Positions 53,104-60,219 of a stretch of 64,000 bases of DNA are shown here, one piece after another (the first letter of the stretch is position 1; each line of letters starts with the position of its first letter). The stretch comes from an uncultured Solirubrobacteraceae bacterium (GTDB lineage: Bacteria > Actinomycetota > Thermoleophilia > Solirubrobacterales > Solirubrobacteraceae): the NCBI GenBank assembly GCA_963781415.1, contig CAWAFT010000002.1, forward strand, positions 948,129 through 1,012,128. The letters run 5' to 3'. Position numbers and translations under genes: made by a program. The notes under the pieces are model-generated. The model did no database searches, was not told the origin of the DNA, and worked only from the letters and a program-made list of their open reading frames with translations.

Positions 53104-54633
53104 TTGGAAGTCTCCGCCCTCAAACACCCCGGCGCCACAGGTGCCCACGCCAGGTCGCCGCTGCTGCGCCTGCACGCCGACGAGCGCCTCGTCGCCCTCG
53201 TCCGCCGGGGCAACCAGCACGCGTTCGAGACCCTGGTCTCGCGCTATCAGAGCCGGCTGCTGTCCTTCTGCCGGCACATGCTCGCGTCCAAGGAGGACGC
53301 CGAGGACGTGCTCCAGGAGGTCTTCGCGGCCGCCTACAACGCCATGCTCGCCGACGAGCGCCCGATCAACGTGCGCCCGTGGCTGTACCGCATCGCCCGC
53401 AACCGGTCGCTGAACCACCTGCGCAAGGCCACGGCGATCGGGATGGACTCGATGGACATCCACCTGTCCGAGCATGGGCTCTCGACCGCCGACCGCGTCC
53501 ACCGGCGCGAGGAGTTCCGTCAGCTGCTCACGGACGTGCAGGATCTGCCGGAGACCCAGCGCACGGCGCTGCTGCTGCGGGAGATAGACGCGCTGAGCTA
53601 CGACCAGATCTCCGAGGTGATGGAGACCACGGTGCCGAGCGTGAAGTCGCTGCTCGTGCGCGCCCGCGTCTCGCTCGCCGAGGCCGCCGAGGCGCGGCTG
53701 CTGACCTGCGAGGAGGTGCGCGAGGAACTCGGTGAGGTCGCCGAGGGGCTTCAGCGCACGACCGCGCCGGTGCGGCGGCACATGCGCACGTGCGAACGCT
53801 GCCAGGGCTTCCGCAAGCACCTGCGCTCGAACAACAAGGCGCTGGCCGCGATCTTCCCCGTCGCGCCGCTCCTGCTCGTCAAGAAGCTCATCCTCACCCA
53901 CCTCGGGACCGCGAGCGCGGCCGGTGGCGGCAGTGCCGCCGCCGGGGGTGCCGCGGGCGCAGCGGGTGCCGCCGCGGGCGGCGTGCTGCAGGCCAGCGCG
54001 TCGGCTGTGGCCACGAAGGCGGTCGCCGGGCTCGCCGCCGCGGCGATCGTCACCGCCGGTGCCGTCGAGGTCAATCTCGCCACGGGCGCCAAGAGCGAGC
54101 CCGGCCCCAGCACCTCCGGTCAGACGCTGGCCGCGGCCCCGGCAGCTCCGACACCCGAAGCGGTCCACTCCGTTCCCCAGCCCGTCACCCCGGCACCGCC
54201 CGCCCCCGTCACGACGCCGGCCCGCGCCAAGGAGCGTGCCGACAAGCCGGAGCGCACGCCCGCGCCCGCGCAGACCCCGGCCGTCGTCGCCCCTGAGCCG
54301 ACGGCGACCGCGTCACCTGAGACCACGGCGACGACCGTCCCGACCACGCAGCCGACGGTGACGCCGACGGCGACCTCGCAGACCCAGCACGACGGCGACA
54401 CGACCACGTTGCCCAGCGACGTCACCGGCGAAGCGGAGCCCGCGGGTGGCCAACCCCCGTCGGCCACACCGACACCGAGTGCGACCCCGGGCCCGCCGAA
54501 GGCGACGGCCACCCCGACCCCACCGAAGCCGAGCCCGACCGCCTCGCCCGCACCGCCCAAGGCGTCGCCGACACCCGCTCCGAGCGCGACGGGCACCCCG
54601 GCACCGCAGCAGACCACCACGACGGCCCCCTAG
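53104..54633 (+). CDS. ECF-type sigma-70 family sigma factor fused to a zf-HC2 anti-sigma-like domain, a TM segment and a Pro/Thr/Ala-rich extracytoplasmic tail
   Basis: Region 2 is FETLVSRYQSRLLSFCRHMLASKEDAEDVLQEVF...WLYRIARNRSLNHLR. Region 4 is LPETQRTALLLREIDALSYDQISEVMETTVPSVKSLLVRAR. CEEVRE...HMRTCERCQ follows, then hydrophobic segments (ALAAIFPVAPLLLV, AVAGLAAAAIVTAGAV). The last about 170 aa are PT-rich. Start is a putative TTG. Confidence 0.8.
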   Translation: MEVSALKHPGATGAHARSPLLRLHADERLVALVRRGNQHAFETLVSRYQSRLLSFCRHMLASKEDAEDVLQEVFAAAYNAMLADERPINVRPWLYRIARNRSLNHLRKATAIGMDSMDIHLSEHGLSTADRVHRREEFRQLLTDVQDLPETQRTALLLREIDALSYDQISEVMETTVPSVKSLLVRARVSLAEAAEARLLTCEEVREELGEVAEGLQRTTAPVRRHMRTCERCQGFRKHLRSNNKALAAIFPVAPLLLVKKLILTHLGTASAAGGGSAAAGGAAGAAGAAAGGVLQASASAVATKAVAGLAAAAIVTAGAVEVNLATGAKSEPGPSTSGQTLAAAPAAPTPEAVHSVPQPVTPAPPAPVTTPARAKERADKPERTPAPAQTPAVVAPEPTATASPETTATTVPTTQPTVTPTATSQTQHDGDTTTLPSDVTGEAEPAGGQPPSATPTPSATPGPPKATATPTPPKPSPTASPAPPKASPTPAPSATGTPAPQQTTTTAP

Positions 54634-54638
54634 CGCGG

Positions 54639-54971
54639 GTGAGCATCAGCTTCGACGAGTTCCTCGCCGTCGACATGCGCGTCGGCCGGGTCCTCGAGGT
54701 GCACGACTTTCCCGAGGCGCGCAAGCCGGCGTGGAAGCTCACGATCGACTTCGGTGCAGAGATCGGCACGAAGCGGTCCTCCGCCCAGATCACCAACTAC
54801 GGCCGCGAGGAGCTCGTCGGCCGGCTCGTGGTGGCGGTGGTCAACTTCCCCCCGCGGCAGATCGGACCGTTCATGTCCGAGGTGCTGTGTCTCGGCGCCT
54901 CCGACGAAGAGGGCAGGATCATCCTGCTCGCGCCGGACTCAGACGTGCCGCTCGGCGCGCGGATCCACTAG
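54639..54971 (+). CDS. csaA: tRNA-binding (EMAP-fold) chaperone-like protein CsaA
   Basis: It is closely collinear with B. subtilis CsaA as recalled (FPEARKPAWKLTIDFGAEIGTKRSSAQIT...VVAVVNFPPRQIGPFMSEVLCLG). Start is GTG. Confidence 0.85.
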   Translation: MSISFDEFLAVDMRVGRVLEVHDFPEARKPAWKLTIDFGAEIGTKRSSAQITNYGREELVGRLVVAVVNFPPRQIGPFMSEVLCLGASDEEGRIILLAPDSDVPLGARIH

Positions 54972-55372
54972 CCGCCGGCGCGAACGATCAGGGTGGCGTT
55001 CCCGCCCGGCCCCTTGATGCGATAGCGGCCGGTCTTGAGGCCGGGTGTGCTGAGTCTGCCCGTCGCTCCTGGCGCGATCGCCCGGCGCCCGACACGAGCC
55101 ACGCGCACGACCGCGCGCCGTTTCGTGCGGTTGATGATCGCGAAGTCCGCCGCGAGGAAGGAGGCGATCGCCGGCGGTTCGACCGTCGTGCGGCGCTTGG
55201 ACACGCGGATGGTGACCCGGTAGCGGATGGCCTTCTCGTCGCCGCTGTCGGGCTCCGCCTTCAGCGACCGCGGCACCGGTTGCGGGCTCGGCTCGTCACC
55301 GCCACAGGACGCAAGAACTAGGGCCAGGGCCCCACATTCAATCCATATCAATGTCCGGCCGATACCTGGCAT
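54968..55372 (-). CDS. Lipoprotein of unknown function with a basic Ig-like domain
   Basis: MPGIGRTLIWIECGALALVLASCGG contains a lipobox. The C-terminus RYRVTIRVSKRRT...GLKTGRYRIKGPGGNATLIVRAGG resembles the basic tails of other secreted proteins in the window. Confidence 0.55.
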   Translation of the reverse strand: MPGIGRTLIWIECGALALVLASCGGDEPSPQPVPRSLKAEPDSGDEKAIRYRVTIRVSKRRTTVEPPAIASFLAADFAIINRTKRRAVVRVARVGRRAIAPGATGRLSTPGLKTGRYRIKGPGGNATLIVRAGG

Positions 55373-55400
55373 ACGCGATGAACCGCCAACCATTCGCTCG

Positions 55401-55646
55401 ATGTCTACAGAACCCCTTCGCAACCCTCTCCACTATGACGCTGCCCGCCGCCGCCTATGGATTTGCGGCCAGCGCTGCCACCACGGCGCCACCGGCGCCC
55501 TGCTCGCCGCCGCCGGAAGCGCTGCGGTGCTGACGTCCCTCTCGCCGACCTACGCCGCCCTCGTTGCCGCCGGCACGATCCTGATGGCGCACGACTGGCA
55601 CGACCGATCGCTCTGGTTCGAACGCGGCTGGCAGAACCAGCCCTAG
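55401..55646 (+). CDS. Small membrane protein, hypothetical
   Basis: The 81-aa product has two hydrophobic segments (GALLAAAGSAAVLTSL, YAALVAAGTILMA). The first half of the listed 55227..55646 ORF overlaps the lipoprotein gene and was rejected. Confidence 0.4.
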   Translation: MSTEPLRNPLHYDAARRRLWICGQRCHHGATGALLAAAGSAAVLTSLSPTYAALVAAGTILMAHDWHDRSLWFERGWQNQP

Positions 55647-55654
55647 CCGCGCCG

Positions 55655-55930
55655 TCAGGCCCCGATCGAGAACATCGACTCGAGGTCGTGGCGGGAGAAC
55701 GCCTCGAAGGCCAGCATCGTGTGCGTGCGGCGGATCCCCGGCAGCTGGGCGATCGTGTTCTGCACGACGGCGGAGACGCCCTCGACGTCAGGGACGCGGA
55801 CGATCGCGACGAAGTCCCAGTCACCCGTGACCGAGTACGCCTCGGCGACCCCGTCGACCCCGGCGAGCGCCCCACCCAGGGTGGGCAGCGCGGCAGGCTC
55901 GGCCTCGATCATGACGATCGCGTGGGTCAT
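55655..55930 (-). CDS. Stand-alone Lrp/AsnC ligand-binding (RAM) domain protein
   Basis: The sequence MTHAIVMIEAEP...VAEAYSVTGDWDFVAIVRVPDVEGVSAVVQNTIAQLPGIRRTHTMLAF is the AsnC_trans_reg domain without a DNA-binding domain. Confidence 0.75.
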   Translation of the reverse strand: MTHAIVMIEAEPAALPTLGGALAGVDGVAEAYSVTGDWDFVAIVRVPDVEGVSAVVQNTIAQLPGIRRTHTMLAFEAFSRHDLESMFSIGA

Positions 55931-55931
55931 G

Positions 55932-56615
55932 TCACTCGCTGTGGGTCTCGCCGGGGGCAAGCACGACGCAGGTGGCTCCGGTGTCGTTCTCGACGTCGGA
56001 CTTGAACGCCTCGGCGTCGGTCTCGATCGGCGGGAAGGTGTCGTAGTGGCAGGGGATGACGGTGGTCGGGCTGACGAACTCGACGGCGGTCACGGCGTCG
56101 TGACGATCCATCGTGTAGTGCCCGCCGATCGGGACGAGCGCGACGTCGACGTGGTCGCCACGGCGCGAGATGAGCTGCAGGTCGGAGAAGAGGCAGGTGT
56201 CGCCGAGGTGGTAGACGAGCTTGTCGCCGACCTTGATGAGCATGCCGGCCGGCGTGCAGACCGTGCCCGACGGCGTGGTCGACGTGTGCCACGCCGGAAC
56301 CATCTTGACCCAGCCCCAGTCGAAGGTGACGGTTCCGCCCAGGTTCGGGTCCAGGACGTTCTCGAGCCCGTGCTCCTGCCCGAGCTCGCCGGCGACCTCC
56401 GTCAGGGCGACAACGGTCGCGCCCGTGCGCTTGGCGATGTCCACGACGTCGCCGAAATGATCCTGGTGACCGTGCGAGAGGCAGATCACGGTCGGGTCGA
56501 CCTCATCGGCGGACACCGCCGCCTTCGGATTTCCGGTCAGGAAGGGGTCGATGAGGATCTCGACCCCGTCGCCCTTGATCGTGAACGCCGAGTGTCCGAG
56601 GTAGGTGATGTCCAT
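55932..56615 (-). CDS. Metallo-beta-lactamase-fold hydrolase (UPF0173 family)
   Basis: The N-terminus is MDITYLGHSAFTIKGDGVEILIDPFL, with the HxHxDH motif (SHGHQDHFGD). The product is 227 aa. The rest of the listed 619-aa ORF is antisense to selD. Confidence 0.85.
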   Translation of the reverse strand: MDITYLGHSAFTIKGDGVEILIDPFLTGNPKAAVSADEVDPTVICLSHGHQDHFGDVVDIAKRTGATVVALTEVAGELGQEHGLENVLDPNLGGTVTFDWGWVKMVPAWHTSTTPSGTVCTPAGMLIKVGDKLVYHLGDTCLFSDLQLISRRGDHVDVALVPIGGHYTMDRHDAVTAVEFVSPTTVIPCHYDTFPPIETDAEAFKSDVENDTGATCVVLAPGETHSE

Positions 56616-56620
56616 GCGGG

Positions 56621-56938
56621 TCAGTCCTCCGTGGGGTTGCGCAGCAGATTGGCGAGCTCGAGGCCGACGGCGGCCCCGATCAACATGGCTACCCGGGTTT
56701 CCTCGGCGACGAGCGTGCGGACCGCGGTCTCCGGGTCCTCGGACGCGGTGGCCTTGCGGATCTCGTCCGCGTGGGCGGAGCCGAACCAGTCGGCATCCTC
56801 GAGCGCCTGATTGAGGATGCGCTGCAGCGCAGGGGCCTGCGCGCCGATCGTCCGCTGGGCGGCATCGAGGCGGCCGGGCTCCGAAAGGCGGCTCACCGCC
56901 GCTTCGACCTCGGCATCCGAAAAGGGTCCCGCGGGCAC
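56621..56938 (-). CDS. Hypothetical protein
   Basis: The 105-aa product starts at GVG-free GTG 56938 (VPAGPFSDAEVEAAVSRL...) and lies 5 nt upstream of the MBL-fold gene. It has no recognisable motif, and the start is uncertain. Confidence 0.4.
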   Translation of the reverse strand: MPAGPFSDAEVEAAVSRLSEPGRLDAAQRTIGAQAPALQRILNQALEDADWFGSAHADEIRKATASEDPETAVRTLVAEETRVAMLIGAAVGLELANLLRNPTED

Positions 56939-56951
56939 CAGTGGTGAATAT

Positions 56952-57959
56952 ATGACCGATATGACCGTCCCCCTGACCTCCCTGTCCCACGGCGCGGGTT
57001 GCGGCTGCAAGATCGGCGCGGCGTTGCTCGGTCCGATCGTCGCCAGGCTGCCGGCCCCGACGGACCCGCGCGTGCTCGCCTCGGCGTCCACCGCCGACGA
57101 TGCCGGGGTCGTGCGGTTGAGCGCCGACATCGCGATGGTCCACACCGCCGACTTCTTCACGCCCATCGTCGATGACCCCTACGCCTTCGGTCGCATCGCG
57201 GCGACGAACGCGCTCTCGGACGTCTATGCGATGGGAGCCGAGCCCGTCAGCGCGCTCAATCTGGTCGCCTATCCGCTCGAGACGCTCGGGCCCGACGTGC
57301 TCGCTGAGATCCTTCGCGGAGGCCACGACGCCTGCACGGCGGCGGGCTGCTCGGTCGTCGGCGGCCACTCGATCGACGATCCCGAACCGAAGTTCGGGCT
57401 GTCGGTGACCGGGATCGTGCATCCGGACGCGCTGCTGACGAACGGTGGCGGGCAGGCCGGCGACGCACTCGTGCTCACCAAGCCGCTCGGTGCGGGCACG
57501 ATCGCGACCGCCATCAAGCGGGGTCTGGCGTCCGACGCGCTGATCGCGCGCGGGATCGAGGTCATGACGACCCTCAACGACGGGGGGCTCGCGGCAGCCC
57601 GGGCCGCGGGAGCGCATGCGCTCACCGACGTCACCGGCTTCGGCCTGCTCGGCCACGTCCACGAGCTCGCGACCGCGAGCGGCTTGGCGGCGGAGATTGA
57701 CGCGGCGGCGATCCCCGCGATCGAGGGGGTGCTCGAGCTGCTTGAGGCGCAGACGGCGCTGGCCGGCGGTACCCGCCGCAACCGCGAGCACGCCGAGACG
57801 TTCACGTCGTTCGCCGACGACGTGCCGGAGGCGCTGCGCTGGCTTGCCTGCGACGCGATGACCAGTGGCGGCCTGGTCGCCGCGGTACCCGGCTCCATGG
57901 AGGGCTGGCCGGTGGGCCGCCTGGTCGCCGGCACCCCGGGCGCGCTGTACGTCGTCTGA
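56952..57959 (+). CDS. selD: Selenide, water dikinase (selenophosphate synthetase), Cys-type
   Basis: The motifs are LSHGAGCGCKIG (both residues are TGC Cys codons, not TGA), DDAGVV, HTADFFTPIVDDPYAFGRIAATNALSDVYAMG, and the PurM-like C-domain. Confidence 0.9.
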   Translation: MTDMTVPLTSLSHGAGCGCKIGAALLGPIVARLPAPTDPRVLASASTADDAGVVRLSADIAMVHTADFFTPIVDDPYAFGRIAATNALSDVYAMGAEPVSALNLVAYPLETLGPDVLAEILRGGHDACTAAGCSVVGGHSIDDPEPKFGLSVTGIVHPDALLTNGGGQAGDALVLTKPLGAGTIATAIKRGLASDALIARGIEVMTTLNDGGLAAARAAGAHALTDVTGFGLLGHVHELATASGLAAEIDAAAIPAIEGVLELLEAQTALAGGTRRNREHAETFTSFADDVPEALRWLACDAMTSGGLVAAVPGSMEGWPVGRLVAGTPGALYVV

Positions 57960-57968
57960 GCCGCTCCT

Positions 57969-58727
57969 TCAGCGTTGCGGCGCGCGGGCGAGGCCGGCGC
58001 CCAACAGGATCCCGACCAGCGCTCCGGCGATGCCCGCGAGCGGATCCGGTTCGTACAGCGCCGCCGGGAGCAGCAGGAGCAGGACCGCGATGCACGCGAC
58101 TCCGAGAAGGTCGGACTCGATCTCCTCACCCCTTCGCAGGCTCAGCAGGTCGCGCATCACCCACGCGCCGAGCAGGGCGAGCGCACCCGCGTTGGCGCCC
58201 GTGAGCAGCAGGTCGGGATCGACGGCGAGCGCCGCCGCGAGACCCGCAGCGCTCCCGAGGGCGAAGACGAGCAACGGGGCCCAGGCGCCGTGCCGGCGCT
58301 CGAGGAGCCAACCGAAGATGAACACCGAGGCCAGCGCGCAGGCCTCGTACGCGGTGCTGTCGTAGATGAACACCGTGGTCACGTAGCGGTAGGCGTCATC
58401 ACCGACGATGGGGGCGACCACGAAGTCGGCGATGTTGAGGATCCCCGACTTCACCAGGATCGTGAGCACGATCGAGACCAGGACGATCAGCAGCGTCATG
58501 TACGGGCGGCCGTCCACCCGGATGCCCGGGATCTCGCCCGGCCGCAGCCGGCTCAGCGACGGCGCCGAGGGCCGGCGCCGCTTGGGTGGCTTGGGCACGC
58601 CGCCCTTGTCGAGCTTGGGGGCGCGCTTGCGCAGCCGCGACCCGCAGTACGGGCATTCGGTGATGTACGGGCTGACCTCGGCCCCGCAGCTCTTGCAGAC
58701 GACGAACAGATCGGGCGGACCAGCCAC
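57969..58727 (-). CDS. Rhomboid-fold membrane protein with N-terminal zinc ribbon, lacking the catalytic Ser/His (probable pseudoprotease)
   Basis: Start is GTG 58727. The zinc ribbon is [19 protein letters not shown]. It has six hydrophobic segments. Its rhomboid-like blocks [12 protein letters not shown]...[22 protein letters not shown] and [13 protein letters not shown] sit where WRxxTxxFxH, GxSG and AHxxG are expected. Confidence 0.6.
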   Translation of the reverse strand: MAGPPDLFVVCKSCGAEVSPYITECPYCGSRLRKRAPKLDKGGVPKPPKRRRPSAPSLSRLRPGEIPGIRVDGRPYMTLLIVLVSIVLTILVKSGILNIADFVVAPIVGDDAYRYVTTVFIYDSTAYEACALASVFIFGWLLERRHGAWAPLLVFALGSAAGLAAALAVDPDLLLTGANAGALALLGAWVMRDLLSLRRGEEIESDLLGVACIAVLLLLLPAALYEPDPLAGIAGALVGILLGAGLARAPQR

Positions 58728-58775
58728 CGCCCGGATTCTACGTCGCGCCGGTGCCGCGCCGGTACCTTGTTCTGC

Positions 58776-59864
58776 ATGGCCATCGCTGAACTCGACACCA
58801 ACCGCCTGGAAGACCTGCTCGGCGACGACGCCCAGGACCTCCTGTCGCACTCCTGCGAGGGCGTCTCCTCCGACATCCTGCACCTCCCCGGGCCGGATTT
58901 CGTCGAGCGCGTCTACGCGCAGACCGACCGCAACCCGCAGGTGCTGCGCAATCTGCACGCGCTCTTCAACCACGGTCGCCTGAGCGGCACGGGCTACGTG
59001 AGCATCCTCCCGGTCGACCAGGGCCTCGAGCACTCCGGCGCGGCGAGCTTCGCGCCCAATCCGATCTACTTCGATCCGGCCAACCTGGCCGAGCTGGCCA
59101 TCGAGGGCGGCTGCAACGCGTTCGCCTCCTCCGTGGGCGTCCTCGGGGCGATCAGCCGCTCGCACGCCCACCGGATCCCCTTCATCGTCAAGCTCAACCA
59201 CAACGAGCTGCTGACGGCACCCAACACCTACGACCAGGTCCAGTTCGCCTCCGTGCAGCGGGCGTGGGACCTCGGCGCCGCGGGCGTCGGCGCGACGATC
59301 TACTTCGGTTCGCCCGAGAGCCGCCGGCAGATCGTCGAGGTCGCCGCGGCCTTCGAGGAGGCTCACCGTCTCGGCATGTTCACCGTCCTGTGGTGCTACC
59401 TGCGGTCGGATGAGTTCAAGGTCGAGGGCACCGATTACCACACGGCTGCCGACCTGACCGGGCAGGCCAACCACATCGGCGTGACGATCGAGGCCGACAT
59501 CATCAAGCAGAAGCTGCCGGAGCTCAACGGCGGCTACACGGCGCTGAACGCCAACGGCGCGTCGTTCGGCAAGACGAGCAAGCTCGTCTACGACAAGCTC
59601 ACCACCGACCACCCCATCGACCTCACGCGCTGGCAGCTCGTCAACTGTTACAACGGCCGCGCCGGGCTCATCAACTCCGGCGGCGCCTCCAGCGGCGAGA
59701 GTGACCTCGCCGAGGCCGTCCGCACCGCCGTGGTCAACAAGCGCGCAGGCGGCACCGGCCTCATCTCCGGCCGCAAGGCCTTCCAGCGCCCGATGGACGA
59801 GGGCGTCGCCCTCCTCCACGCCATCCAGGACGTCTACCTCAACGACGACGTCACCGTCGCCTGA
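58776..59864 (+). CDS. fbaB: Class I fructose-bisphosphate aldolase (FbaB/DhnA type)
   Basis: It is collinear with E. coli FbaB as recalled ([31 protein letters not shown]...[13 protein letters not shown]...[22 protein letters not shown]...GRKAFQRPM). Confidence 0.95.
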   Translation: MAIAELDTNRLEDLLGDDAQDLLSHSCEGVSSDILHLPGPDFVERVYAQTDRNPQVLRNLHALFNHGRLSGTGYVSILPVDQGLEHSGAASFAPNPIYFDPANLAELAIEGGCNAFASSVGVLGAISRSHAHRIPFIVKLNHNELLTAPNTYDQVQFASVQRAWDLGAAGVGATIYFGSPESRRQIVEVAAAFEEAHRLGMFTVLWCYLRSDEFKVEGTDYHTAADLTGQANHIGVTIEADIIKQKLPELNGGYTALNANGASFGKTSKLVYDKLTTDHPIDLTRWQLVNCYNGRAGLINSGGASSGESDLAEAVRTAVVNKRAGGTGLISGRKAFQRPMDEGVALLHAIQDVYLNDDVTVA

Positions 59865-59868
59865 ACCT

Positions 59869-59947
59869 AAAGGGGTCGGGTCTCGGCGCTGGACACTGCC
59901 CGGTGCCGAGAACTGACCCCTGTCCGGTGCCGAGACCCGACCCCTTT
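59869..59947 (+). terminator. Long hairpin (19-bp stem) with internal alternative pairing, downstream of fbaB
   Basis: AAAGGGGTCGGGTCTCGGC (59869-59887) pairs with GCCGAGACCCGACCCCTTT (59929-59947). The loop contains a second GGTGCCGAGA copy that can pair with the 5' arm. Confidence 0.45.
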
Positions 59948-59979
59948 ACATAAGGGGGCGGTAGGGTTATCTGTCCCTT

Positions 59980-60219
59980 ATGCGGATGCATCAACCCATC
60001 GCGGAGTTCGACGCTGCTCTCCAGGAGGAGATTCAGCTCGAGCGTGCCGTGACCGAGGCGCGCATCCGGCAGGCGCAGACCCGCACCCGCCGGCGCAAGA
60101 TCGAGCAGACGCAGAAGCGCAGCACCTTTCGCTTCCTCCTGCTGTGCCTGGTGCTCCTGGCCACCGCGGTCGGTGTGACGATCGCGATGTTCCAGACGCT
60201 CTACCTCGTGATGGGTTGA
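59980..60219 (+). CDS. Small single-pass membrane protein, hypothetical
   Basis: The 79-aa product has a basic N-terminal half and a C-terminal TM segment (FRFLLLCLVLLATAVGVTIAMF). Its stop overlaps the putative TTG start of the helicase gene (TTGA). Confidence 0.45.
   Translation: MRMHQPIAEFDAALQEEIQLERAVTEARIRQAQTRTRRRKIEQTQKRSTFRFLLLCLVLLATAVGVTIAMFQTLYLVMG

Noticed and set aside
54130-54630. Repetitive Pro/Thr/Ala-coding DNA (also 24661-24775), considered as a possible CRISPR or tandem-repeat locus
   Set aside because: There are no regularly spaced identical repeats with unique spacers. The periodicity is codon-level low complexity inside clear ORFs.
56616-57791. N-terminal part of the 619-aa ORF (55932..57791)
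   Set aside because: It is antisense to selD and to the hypothetical gene. The MBL-fold protein starts at MDITYLGHS (56615).
58728-59819. N-terminal part of the 616-aa ORF (57969..59819)
   Set aside because: It is antisense to the highly conserved fbaB gene. The rhomboid-like gene starts at GTG 58727.
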